A stretch of 64,000 nucleotides of DNA from Patescibacteria group bacterium (lineage in GTDB: Bacteria; Patescibacteriota; Dojkabacteria; GCA-002793355). Positions 30,350-40,300 of the stretch are shown in pieces. The notes under the pieces are model-generated. The model was not told where the DNA came from, searched no databases, and worked only from the letters and a program-made list of their open reading frames with translations. Location of the stretch: the NCBI GenBank assembly GCA_016860985.1, contig BOKM01000001.1, forward strand, positions 2,310 to 66,309. Reading direction: 5' to 3'. Position numbers and translations under genes: made by a program. Position 1 is the stretch's first letter. Each line of letters starts with the position of its first letter.

Positions 30350-30585
30350 ATGATATATTCAAAAGAAGATCAAGAATTGATCCAAAAAGCAATTAGTTTC
30401 TTAGTTGAGAACTTCAATAAATCAGGTAACAACAATAAGCCTGTTATCCTTCATAGCATTCGGCTTGCGATGCGCCTTTACGACAAAGGGAAAAAGGCAT
30501 CAGTAGTTGTTGGAGCTCTTCTGCACGATTTGTTGGAAGATACACAGGTTACATTGTCTAACATTACGTCGAAATTCGGTATTGT
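30350..30585 (+). pseudogene. Truncated HD-domain (RelA/SpoT-type hydrolase-like) gene
   Basis: 'P.ILHS.R.A', 'ALLHDLLEDT..T...I...FG', then loses homology. ORF stops at 30673. Confidence 0.7.
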
Positions 30586-30851
30586 ACATAGTTCTTTTAA
30601 CGCTTGTAGCTCATTTTCCACTCGTTTTACAAAAACCTCTATCTCCATATATTCATTATACAGTGATTTATAATAGTATTATCCTAAGCTAATCTGAATT
30701 CCAACATGCGCCCAAGTCCTTATTGGTGTAGATGATTGGGATTCAGTAATACAGGCCGATTTAAACCTGACGTTTGACATTGGCAAGCTGCCTAAATTTA
30801 TCTTAGAGTAGCTAGAGTATATTCCCATAGTAATTGTTGTATAATTCTTAT

Positions 30852-33104
30852 ATGTGGAAACTTCTTAAGAATTGGCGTGAAGTTCTAATTAAGTCCGACT
30901 TCGAGGTAAACCAAAAACTAAAACACTTGCTAGAAACAACCACAGGTTCGATTCTTGTAAGTGGGGACAGAGGTGTAGGCAAAACACATATTATTCAAAC
31001 CATCTCAAGGGAAAAGTCAGATTCAATGATATTTATTTGGCTAAATACAATAAAGATAAACGCAGTAAGTGAAAAGGGAACCAATTTGCCAGACCAAGTT
31101 GAAAGCCTGAACATTCTATTTATATTGAAATTTCTTATTGAGGAACTTTCCTCTTTAGGCTTGCCGGAACAAAAAATCTTAAAGAGCATAAAAAAAGATT
31201 TATATATTACTGAAAAAGCTATCACCTCAGATTCTAAACTTAGTGTAAACAACTCTGGGGCAGAGGTCGGTTATCGACAGTCAGTAAACGAAAAATGGCA
31301 AGGATACACTACAGCACAACTATCTTCAACACTTGCGAATTACTTAGTTGATGTAAAGGGTCATATAGGTATGACTGGCTTTGAGAAGATTATGCACGCT
31401 TTTGGTTCTGTCGGGATTGGAATCGGAAACGCGTTCCAAAAGTTTTTCAATAAACGAACTGAGCGAATTGTCTTTGTATTCGATGAACTTGATGATATTG
31501 GTGACATTAATTTGCTACTTGACCTAATTAAAAAGTTCAAAAATCTTTTCATGAGATCTGGCATTAGCTTTTTATTTATTACCTCTTCGAATGTATATGA
31601 GACTGTGACAAACCTAGAATCAGCTTTTACCTCAGGACAAGAAGACAAATATCGAACAATATTTTCAGACATAGTTTACATTCGTAGATATACTATATCC
31701 ACGTTGACCAAACATATCAGCAATCTGACTTTAGTTAAGTCAGATAATTTTGATGCTTTGTCCACATATTTAGCAATTGAGGCTAAAGGAAATATCTATA
31801 ATTTGAGACGTACAATAGCAGCAAGAGAAGTTTTTGATGGAGACGAAATAGTACTCAGACATTCAGATATTGATAAGAAATCGGTAAGTGTAGTAAATTA
31901 TGCATTTAGAATCGGAGAATTACTAATAGAAAAGTGTGGATTTGAGCAATATATCGAAGATCTGTTATATATGACGCTTTATGAATATACCTCCGATCTT
32001 CTGCTTTATTTGTCAGGCACAAGGCAAGAAAGTAGAAAGACACGCTTTGAACTGTATCAGAAAAACACTAGTTATACGAAGTCAAAAAAGAATTTAATAG
32101 AAAAATTTATTAACGAATTTTTTGAAACACTATCTGTAATCATTACATCGCAACCAAACGGAATTAACTTTGGTGAGGAATCCCAAACTATTTCGTGGGA
32201 GGATGTAAAAGAAAAAATTGACAGCAATATTGACGTGTTGGATCTTTTATGGTCAATTACTCCAAGCCATCGTCGTTTCTACGAGAAGTACCTAAGTGTC
32301 ACTGAGATGGTAAAAATTGTATTCAAGCAAGATGATATCCTAAAATCTTCTCAATTAAGGGAACACGAAATGATTAATGATGAAACTTCGCTAGAAATCA
32401 AGAATGCACTTGAGCAGGCAACACTTACAGTACGTAAAGGATCTTCTTCTGTGACAGAGAGGGGAACGGCAATTCTCACTGATATTGAAAACAAGATAAA
32501 TAAGTATTGGGATTTTTCAAAAGGTATTCTGCTAAGAAAGGATACAGACGGAATCGAGTATAATCGAACTGAGCATACTGTCAAATTTAATCAGCAAAAT
32601 GCGATTACATCTTCACCAACAACCAGATTGTATACTCACCTACTTGAAGGTTCATATAAAAGCAAATTTGACATAGAATATACGGTGAAGACATCCTACA
32701 ACAAGTCAACTGTTGATGTTCTACTCTATTTTGCTGAGCAATATACCGGGACAGCGTCAGACGCATACTATATTGTAAGAATTACTGCACAAGATCCACC
32801 TTCAGAATTTAATAGAGCTGGAATTTTGCTTAAGGATTCCAATATTGAGTATGATAAAGCTTGGTATCTCATTAACCAACCAGTTAAAGTCAAGGCAATT
32901 GGTTTAAACGAACCCTATACCATAAGAATAAAACTTGATAAAGGAATAATAACATTATATTTAAAGAAACAATCGAAAGAAAAGTACACATCAACTGATA
33001 CTGTAGAATCGTATCAAGTAAATCAAGAAAGTAGTTTTAGTCATATCATCACGACAAGTCAAGGACATCCAATAGAGATTTTAAATATAATAAAGAAGGA
33101 ATAG
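30852..33104 (+). CDS. P-loop NTPase (KAP/AAA-like) with long C-terminal region
   Basis: Walker A 'GDRGVGKT', Walker B 'VFVFDELD'. Confidence 0.8.
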   Translation: MWKLLKNWREVLIKSDFEVNQKLKHLLETTTGSILVSGDRGVGKTHIIQTISREKSDSMIFIWLNTIKINAVSEKGTNLPDQVESLNILFILKFLIEELSSLGLPEQKILKSIKKDLYITEKAITSDSKLSVNNSGAEVGYRQSVNEKWQGYTTAQLSSTLANYLVDVKGHIGMTGFEKIMHAFGSVGIGIGNAFQKFFNKRTERIVFVFDELDDIGDINLLLDLIKKFKNLFMRSGISFLFITSSNVYETVTNLESAFTSGQEDKYRTIFSDIVYIRRYTISTLTKHISNLTLVKSDNFDALSTYLAIEAKGNIYNLRRTIAAREVFDGDEIVLRHSDIDKKSVSVVNYAFRIGELLIEKCGFEQYIEDLLYMTLYEYTSDLLLYLSGTRQESRKTRFELYQKNTSYTKSKKNLIEKFINEFFETLSVIITSQPNGINFGEESQTISWEDVKEKIDSNIDVLDLLWSITPSHRRFYEKYLSVTEMVKIVFKQDDILKSSQLREHEMINDETSLEIKNALEQATLTVRKGSSSVTERGTAILTDIENKINKYWDFSKGILLRKDTDGIEYNRTEHTVKFNQQNAITSSPTTRLYTHLLEGSYKSKFDIEYTVKTSYNKSTVDVLLYFAEQYTGTASDAYYIVRITAQDPPSEFNRAGILLKDSNIEYDKAWYLINQPVKVKAIGLNEPYTIRIKLDKGIITLYLKKQSKEKYTSTDTVESYQVNQESSFSHIITTSQGHPIEILNIIKKE

Positions 33105-33194
33105 GACGTCTTCTTCGTGAATATTGCGGTTATCTTAAAGGTAAAATCCTCCATGGTGTATAATAAATGTATTGATGCTTTTCGCATTAATCAT

Positions 33195-33272
33195 ATTCAC
33201 GGAAATTCGATATCATTCAAAAAATATTCATAGAAATTTAAGGAAATTCAAAAAAATATTCATGGGCATTCA
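33195..33272. repeat. Helically phased ATTC array
   Basis: ATTC/ATTT at 33195, 33205, 33215, 33226, 33236, 33246, 33258, 33268. Confidence 0.6.
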
Positions 33273-33327
33273 AAGTGTTTGTGTGTAACGCGCAAATACA
33301 ATTGTATAATTTTTTACTAACAATTTA

Positions 33328-34656
33328 ATGGACAATTCACTAACCATCGTCAATGTTTTAATTGACGACTTAATTAGTGCCGACTACAATCCTCGCAAGT
33401 GGGATCAGAAGGCTTTAAACGACCTAAGAGCGAGCATTAAGAAGTTCGGTCTGGTTGACCCTGCTCTAGTAAATGGTGCAACCAATCGCAAAAACATTGT
33501 CATTGGTGGCCACATGCGTATTGCAGCAGCAAAATCACTAGGTATTACCGAAATGCCTGTTGTTTATCTAAACATTCCTGATTTAGAGAAGGAAAAGGAG
33601 CTTAATCTTAGACTGAATAAAAATCAGGGAGAGTTTGATTTCAAACTACTTGCACACTTTGCAGAAGATTTTCTTACTGACATTGGTTTCAATTCAGAAG
33701 AGATGGACTCCATCTTTGATTGGGAAGACGATACACCTGAAGTATTCGATCTTCAAAAGGAACTTGAGAAACTCAACATCAGTAAAATTGAGATAGAAAA
33801 GGGAGATGTCTGGCAACTTGGAGAGAATCGATTAATGTGTGGTGACTCCACAATTCAAGAAGATATTCAAAAGCTACTTAATAACGAGAAAGCTGACATG
33901 GTTATGACTGACCCACCGTATATTCTTGATTACTTGCATGGGAAAACTAAGCACGGTAAAGCGACAGAAGGATTCGGTTATAAACGAGACAGAAAGTATT
34001 TAGAAACAGATTCCATACCTGAAAACTTCACAGAACTGTGGATGAAGAATATCTCAGAAGTAGCCAAAGAGAACTTTCATATAATTGTCTATGAAAATTG
34101 GAAAAACATTAGGACTATTTGGGCAGAGATGGAAAAGTACTGGAAAGTTAAGAATATGATTGTCTGGCATCTACCTAACCGCAACCAAAGTTTTGCAGCA
34201 AAGTACAAATTCTTTTCTAAACATGATATTGCTATGGTTGGCTCTTCTTATACCGAAGAGGCCTTTAATCTTGAAATGGAGGAGAAACTCCTACAAAACG
34301 AGTATGAGACTGCACTCTATGCAATATCAGGTAAACCACATTGGGAAGGCTACGAAAAAGGTAAGAAGATTCAGCCAACTGACTTTCTTGAATACAATGC
34401 TTCAGACGAGAAACATTCGGGTCAAGGAATTGTCTTTGGTACAAAACCTATTGAGATCCTAATTCCATATATCAAAGTACTTACTAAGCGTGAAGATTTA
34501 GTAGTAGAACCATTTGGTGGAAGTGGATCTACACTTATTGCGTGTCAAAAACTAAAAAGGAGATGTTTTATCATGGAAAAATCGCCAGTATATGCTGAGG
34601 TCATTCGCAACCGATGGGAGAAACTCACTAAACTTAAAGCTACGAAGATAGTGTGA
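33328..34656 (+). CDS. ParB-like N-terminal domain fused to beta-class DNA methyltransferase (copy 1)
   Basis: 'YNPR' and 'GGHMR' (ParB); 'TDPPY' and 'EPFGGSGST' (MTase). Confidence 0.9.
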   Translation: MDNSLTIVNVLIDDLISADYNPRKWDQKALNDLRASIKKFGLVDPALVNGATNRKNIVIGGHMRIAAAKSLGITEMPVVYLNIPDLEKEKELNLRLNKNQGEFDFKLLAHFAEDFLTDIGFNSEEMDSIFDWEDDTPEVFDLQKELEKLNISKIEIEKGDVWQLGENRLMCGDSTIQEDIQKLLNNEKADMVMTDPPYILDYLHGKTKHGKATEGFGYKRDRKYLETDSIPENFTELWMKNISEVAKENFHIIVYENWKNIRTIWAEMEKYWKVKNMIVWHLPNRNQSFAAKYKFFSKHDIAMVGSSYTEEAFNLEMEEKLLQNEYETALYAISGKPHWEGYEKGKKIQPTDFLEYNASDEKHSGQGIVFGTKPIEILIPYIKVLTKREDLVVEPFGGSGSTLIACQKLKRRCFIMEKSPVYAEVIRNRWEKLTKLKATKIV

Positions 34657-35036
34657 AAATTTCTTTAAAGAAACAGGTTCTTGAACAACTTAAGAAGACT
34701 CCGATAATTCAAGTAACCTGCGAAAAACTAGGAATAGCACGTGCTACCTTCTATCGATGGAAACAACGTGACCAGAAGTTCTCAACTTCGGTAGACAAGG
34801 CTTTACTTGAAGGCTCACTGCTGATTAACGATATGGCTGAGAGTCAACTCATTACGCAAATCAAGAATGCTAACATGACTGCAATTATCTTCTGGCTTAA
34901 GTACCACCATAGAGGATATACAAAAGAAGTTCTGGCTACTCTACCAAATCAGCCGACAAAAATTAAGGTGGAGATTATAAGAAGTAAATCTGATCTTGAG
35001 AATTCGGATAAGAAGGAAGTTCGTAAAGTAAGTTGA
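34653..35036 (+). CDS. HTH protein, small-terminase-like (copy 1)
   Basis: 'CEKLGIARATFYRW', 'AIIFWLK'. Its paralog at 57476 precedes a large terminase. Confidence 0.7.
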   Translation: MKISLKKQVLEQLKKTPIIQVTCEKLGIARATFYRWKQRDQKFSTSVDKALLEGSLLINDMAESQLITQIKNANMTAIIFWLKYHHRGYTKEVLATLPNQPTKIKVEIIRSKSDLENSDKKEVRKVS

Positions 35037-35078
35037 TCTGCTAGATTTCTTGACGCGAAAAGAATAAAATTACATCAC

Positions 35079-38000
35079 ATGAGTGCTATCGAAAAATATA
35101 TTGAAGAAGTAATAAAGACTTATAAGACTGGGCATGCACGCGAGCATGCATATAGACCTGCGCTAGAGACTCTTATTGAAGAGATAAATCCCAATATAAA
35201 TGCAGTAAACGACCCTAAACAGCAAAAGGTGGGTGCCCCTGATTTCGTATTGCTTAAGGGGAAAACACCAATTGGTTACATTGAAGCAAAAGACATTGAT
35301 GTAAATCTGGAGAGCGAATTCAAAACAAAGAATCAATTTAATCGATATAAGTCTTCACTCAACAATATTTGTTTTACTAATTGTCTGGATTTTCATTTCT
35401 ATGTAAATGGAGAAGCAATCTCGAGAGTCAGTGTTGGAAAACTGGAAGCTGGAAAAATATCAATACTCACTGAAAACCTTCCTTTACTTGAAAGCTTGCT
35501 TGTCAATTTTACGACACTGAAGTCAATCTCAATTCGTAGTCCAAAAGAACTAGCATTCTTAATGGCTGAGAAGGCTAAAATGCTCAAAAATGTAGTCTAC
35601 TTATCGCTAAAAGAGGGATCTGAAGTGAAGGGACAGGTAGAACAACAATATGAAGTTTTTAAACAGATGTTAATCCACGACCTTTCATTGGAGCAATATG
35701 CTGATATATATGCCCAAACAGTCGCATATGGGATGTTTGCTGCGCGCTTCCATGATAAATCTCTTGATACATTTACAAGAGATGAGGCAAATAACTTATT
35801 GCCAAAATCAAATCCTTTTCTGAGAAATTTCTTTCAAACGATTGCTGGATACAATATCGATGAGCGTATTGTATGGATAGTTGATGATCTTGCAGAACTT
35901 TTCAATCACGTAAATGTCCGCGAATTGCTTGAAAATTTTGGAAAGGATACGAAAAGGAGCGATGTAATTGTCCATTTTTATGAAACTTTTCTTTCCGAAT
36001 ATGATGCAAAGATGCGCAAAGCCAGAGGTGTCTATTACACACCAGAGCCAGTCGTTGATTTCATTGTGAGAGCCGTTGATGATATTTTAAAAACTGAGTT
36101 TGGCATAACTGATGGCCTTGCTGATACAAGTAAAATTGACGTTGAAAAGGAAGTTCAGGGATTAAAGAAAAAGCAGAAGGTAAAGGAACATCGTGTCCAA
36201 GTACTTGACCCCGCAACTGGAACAGGTACATTTTTAGATCACGTTATCAAACATATCTACAACACAAAATTTAAAGGACAACAAGGTATTTGGCAAGGTT
36301 ATGTTGATGAGCACCTACTACCTAGGCTACATGGATTTGAAATTCTCATGGCAAGTTATTCAATGGCACATCTTAAACTTGATATTACTCTTGCAGAGAC
36401 TGGCTATGATTCATCTAAAGGGCAAGGGAAGCGTTTAGGTGTATACCTCACAAACTCACTCGAAGAGCCCGAAGCACATCAAAAAGACCTGTTTTCTCAA
36501 TGGCTAACGACTGAAAGTATGGAAGCAAACGAGGTGAAGAAGGAAAAGCCAATTATGGTGGTTATGGGAAATCCGCCTTATAGCGGTGAGAGTTCAAACA
36601 AAGGCAAATGGATTATGGATTTAATGGAAGACTACAAATTTGAACCAGGAGGCCAAGAAAAGTTAAACGAACGAAATCCCAAGTGGATCAATGATGATTA
36701 TGTGAAGTTTATTAGATTTGCGCAACATTATATCGAAAAAAATGGCGAGGGAATACTTGCATTTATTAATCCTCATGGCTTTTTAGATAATCCTACGTTC
36801 AGGGGAATGCGATGGAAGTTGTTATCTGTTTTCGACAAGATATATACTATTGATCTACACGGGAATACAAAAAAGAAGGAACTTACGCCCGATGGATCCA
36901 AGGACGAGAATGTGTTTGACATAATGCAAGGAGTAAGCATAAATCTTTTTGTAAAAAAGCGAGATTCAAGAAATAAGTTGGCAAATGTTTATTCTAAGGA
37001 TCTTTACGGTAAAAGAAATATAAAATATGATTTTCTGTCTACTAATAGAATTGGGGATATAAAATGGAACAAACTAGATCCCCATAATGACATGTATTTC
37101 TTTGTTCAGAAAGACTTTGAATTACTTAACGAATACGAACAAGGTATTAAGGTTAACGAGTTATTTCCAGTAAATAACGTTGGCATCGTTACTTCAAAAG
37201 ATGCGATTTTAGTTTCCGAAGATGAGGAGAAGTTACTCAAGAATGTACAAGAACATTATCAGATTAATACTGATAAAAACAAAGTTAAGAGAATTTCTTA
37301 TAGACCTTTTGATGATAGATTTGTCTATTATGATACAAAATTGATAGAGAGAGCAAGATACGAAGTAATGCAGCACTTAATAAAAGGTGCGAATTACGGA
37401 ATAATAATTCCAAGACAAGCAATTACAGACAACTATTCACACGTAAATATAACTCGGTATATGACTGACAATCGGTATCAATACAGCAATAAAGGAGTAA
37501 CAACAGAAGTTCCTCTCTATTTATACAAAGACTCCACACTACTTACAGCGACAAGAGAACCAAATCTTAGCAGAACGCTAATTACAGATATTGCCACAAA
37601 ACTAAAGCTCCAGTTTATGAACGACCATGAGCATGCAGATTCAGGAAAAGCAGGCACATTCAATCCATTAGATATTCTCGATTACATTTACGCAATCTTA
37701 CACTCACCATCATACCGAGAACGCTATAAAGAATTTCTTAAAATTGATTTTCCACGAATCCCGTTTACATCAGATCAAAAGTTATTCTGGTCTTTAGTAG
37801 AAAAAGGGAGAGAAATTCGACGATATCACTTAATGGAGCATACAAACAGCAGTTCATTAATAACACAGTACCCTGTTTCTGGTGAAAATGAAGTTATCAA
37901 CCCTAGATACTCCGATAATAAAGTTTGGATAAATGATACGCAGTATTTTGATGATGTACCTCAAATTGCATGGGGATTTTACATTGGTGGATACCAACCA

Positions 38001-38147
38001 GCACAGAAGTGGCTAAAGGATAGAAAAGGAACGAAGCTAACTTTTGACGATGTGTTACATTATCAACAGATTATTGTTGCCTTGACTAATACAGACAGAA
38101 TTATGCACGAGATTGATAGTTTGGCGATGACTTGGCCTCTAAAATAG
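35079..38147 (+). CDS. Type IIG/IIL restriction-modification fusion enzyme
   Basis: N-terminal 'PDF...YIEAK', MTase 'DPATGTGTF' and 'GNPPY', ISP-like C-terminus 'DFPRIP'. No helicase domain. Confidence 0.9.
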   Translation: MSAIEKYIEEVIKTYKTGHAREHAYRPALETLIEEINPNINAVNDPKQQKVGAPDFVLLKGKTPIGYIEAKDIDVNLESEFKTKNQFNRYKSSLNNICFTNCLDFHFYVNGEAISRVSVGKLEAGKISILTENLPLLESLLVNFTTLKSISIRSPKELAFLMAEKAKMLKNVVYLSLKEGSEVKGQVEQQYEVFKQMLIHDLSLEQYADIYAQTVAYGMFAARFHDKSLDTFTRDEANNLLPKSNPFLRNFFQTIAGYNIDERIVWIVDDLAELFNHVNVRELLENFGKDTKRSDVIVHFYETFLSEYDAKMRKARGVYYTPEPVVDFIVRAVDDILKTEFGITDGLADTSKIDVEKEVQGLKKKQKVKEHRVQVLDPATGTGTFLDHVIKHIYNTKFKGQQGIWQGYVDEHLLPRLHGFEILMASYSMAHLKLDITLAETGYDSSKGQGKRLGVYLTNSLEEPEAHQKDLFSQWLTTESMEANEVKKEKPIMVVMGNPPYSGESSNKGKWIMDLMEDYKFEPGGQEKLNERNPKWINDDYVKFIRFAQHYIEKNGEGILAFINPHGFLDNPTFRGMRWKLLSVFDKIYTIDLHGNTKKKELTPDGSKDENVFDIMQGVSINLFVKKRDSRNKLANVYSKDLYGKRNIKYDFLSTNRIGDIKWNKLDPHNDMYFFVQKDFELLNEYEQGIKVNELFPVNNVGIVTSKDAILVSEDEEKLLKNVQEHYQINTDKNKVKRISYRPFDDRFVYYDTKLIERARYEVMQHLIKGANYGIIIPRQAITDNYSHVNITRYMTDNRYQYSNKGVTTEVPLYLYKDSTLLTATREPNLSRTLITDIATKLKLQFMNDHEHADSGKAGTFNPLDILDYIYAILHSPSYRERYKEFLKIDFPRIPFTSDQKLFWSLVEKGREIRRYHLMEHTNSSSLITQYPVSGENEVINPRYSDNKVWINDTQYFDDVPQIAWGFYIGGYQPAQKWLKDRKGTKLTFDDVLHYQQIIVALTNTDRIMHEIDSLAMTWPLK

Positions 38148-38192
38148 TTAGATTAGGAATAAATGACTTTAATAAGAAAGTTCTAGAAATAT

Positions 38193-38684
38193 ATGGTAAA
38201 CATACCTGATACTAACTTATTCATAGGTTCACGATTTGATCTAAGGTTAACCAATGAATCCGAATGGGCATACGCGCACGTTACAAAAAAGAGTCACCAA
38301 GAAAAACTTGGATATTTTAAAGCATTACCACCGACACATCCCAATTACATATTTTTTGAGGATACAAATCATATGTACGTGAATTGGGTAGATACACCAC
38401 AAGCAAGGTTCTACGATTTCCCAACTGGACAAGGTGTTCCTAATTTTATTCGTGTTTTAGATTTCATAGAAAAGTGGATTAAGAACCGCAAAGTGTTAGT
38501 GCATTGCGACCTTGGGGAATCTCGTAGCCCTACTACAAGCCTAACCTATTTGGCTAAACGTACTGAGATTTTACCAAACACTAGCTTTGAAGATGCTAGA
38601 AAAGAGTTTACTAAAATGTACCCAAGCTATAACCCGAGTGGAATCGCAAACTTTGTCTCAGATAATTGGAATTTGATCATATAA
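38193..38684 (+). CDS. Dual-specificity/tyrosine phosphatase family protein
   Basis: CX5R motif 'VHCDLGESRS'. Confidence 0.85.
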   Translation: MVNIPDTNLFIGSRFDLRLTNESEWAYAHVTKKSHQEKLGYFKALPPTHPNYIFFEDTNHMYVNWVDTPQARFYDFPTGQGVPNFIRVLDFIEKWIKNRKVLVHCDLGESRSPTTSLTYLAKRTEILPNTSFEDARKEFTKMYPSYNPSGIANFVSDNWNLII

Positions 38685-38686
38685 TT

Positions 38687-40108
38687 ATGTTAACAAAGTC
38701 CGATTTTGTTGCATACATTGATTCCCCAAGGCACCTATGGGCAATCAAACACAATAAACTTACCGAAGTAGAACATAATGCATTTCTCAATCATTTGTTC
38801 GAGCAAGGATATGATGTTGAAGAGTATGGCGAAAAATATATTAGGGAAATATTGGTTCCAGAATACGAAGTTTCTAGCAACAATATCTTATTCCAACCAA
38901 CCGCCAATGATGGAGAGTTTGAAGCTCGGGCTGATGTACTGATCAAAAACCCTAAAACGAACAAATGGGACATGTACGAGATTAAAAGTTCGACAGAAGT
39001 AAAGAGACAGCACAGGTATGATGTTACGTTTCAGTCACTTGTATTTGGGAAGAATTATGAATTAGGCGAGATATTCATACTCCATCTGAACCCTGATTAT
39101 ACAAGAACCGGTGAAATCGATATTGCGAAACTTTTTACGAGAACTAATCTTACAAAAGTTGTCTCTGACTTAATTCATGAAGTCCAAATATTACGATACG
39201 AAGCGCTTGAGGTTATATCTGAAGACGACTATTCATTAGTACAGTCATGTATTCGCCCGAAATTATGCCCTTGCTTGGGAATTTGCCATCAAAACTTACC
39301 AGACTACTCCATATACGATATCAATAATCTGACAGCAAATGAAAAGAAAATTCGCGAACTGGAAAAATTGGGCTTTATTAGCATCGATGACGTTCCACTC
39401 AATTTCGCACTCTCAGAAAAACAAAGGTTTCAAGTTCAGATTGCGCAAAATAATCAAACATACATTAATTCTAATTCTATTGAGAAAAGTTTCGAAAAGT
39501 TACAGTATCCGATTTACTTTGTTGATTATGAATCGTTCAATCCGGCAATACCCATGTTTGATAGTTACAAGCCATACGACCAAATTCCATTCCAGTGGTC
39601 GCTTCACATAAAAGAAGATTTAACATCTGAATTGAAACATTATGAATTTATTGAAACACAACAGATTGATCCTATTGTTAATTTTCTAAGTGCTATGCAG
39701 GCCGTAGTCGGGACAAATGGTTCAATCATAGTATGGAACAAGGCATTCGAAGGCACGCAGAACAAAAGAATGGGGGAAATTCATTCAGAATTTAAAGATT
39801 ATTGTGAAAATATGAATTCGCGGCTATTTGATCTTATGGAAATTTTCAGAGATGGACTATACGCAGATCGAAAATTTAAAGGTAGTTATTCAATTAAAAA
39901 AGTTCTGCCAGTACTTGTACCTTCACTTAGTTACAAAGGTATGAATATTGCAGAGGGTGCGACAGCGATGGCGAGTTGGAATGATATGGTTTTCGGAAAT
40001 ACCGATGACGAACAAAAAGCACAGCTTAGGGCTGATCTTTTAAAGTACTGTGAGCTTGATACTTTGGCGATGGTAAGGATTTTCGAGAAACTCGCCGAAT
40101 TGCTTTAA
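38687..40108 (+). CDS. DUF2779 protein (RecB-like nuclease plus RNase H-like domain)
   Basis: 'AD.L...YEIKSST', 'DYE......P', 'PFQWSLH', 'SIKKVLP', 'YCELDT.AM'. Confidence 0.85.
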   Translation: MLTKSDFVAYIDSPRHLWAIKHNKLTEVEHNAFLNHLFEQGYDVEEYGEKYIREILVPEYEVSSNNILFQPTANDGEFEARADVLIKNPKTNKWDMYEIKSSTEVKRQHRYDVTFQSLVFGKNYELGEIFILHLNPDYTRTGEIDIAKLFTRTNLTKVVSDLIHEVQILRYEALEVISEDDYSLVQSCIRPKLCPCLGICHQNLPDYSIYDINNLTANEKKIRELEKLGFISIDDVPLNFALSEKQRFQVQIAQNNQTYINSNSIEKSFEKLQYPIYFVDYESFNPAIPMFDSYKPYDQIPFQWSLHIKEDLTSELKHYEFIETQQIDPIVNFLSAMQAVVGTNGSIIVWNKAFEGTQNKRMGEIHSEFKDYCENMNSRLFDLMEIFRDGLYADRKFKGSYSIKKVLPVLVPSLSYKGMNIAEGATAMASWNDMVFGNTDDEQKAQLRADLLKYCELDTLAMVRIFEKLAELL

Positions 40109-40146
40109 ACCCCAGACTTCATCCTTCTTTGCGTTACTTGTTGTGC

Positions 40147-40224
40147 ATGGAACAACCAACCAATACACCACTCACCTACTGCCTCTATACCAGAAAGTCA
40201 TCTATGTTAAGTTACAAGTTTTAA
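40147..40224 (+). pseudogene. 5' remnant of a third serine recombinase gene
   Basis: Translates MEQPTNTPLTYCLYTRKSS, then unrelated MLSYKF*. Preceded by the recombinase-type upstream sequence. Confidence 0.8.
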
Positions 40225-40300
40225 TAAGACCGTATTTATCCCAATTGTTGTTACAGTTCCTTCTTCAGCGTATAATTCAAGATAATGTGTTTTTGTAATC

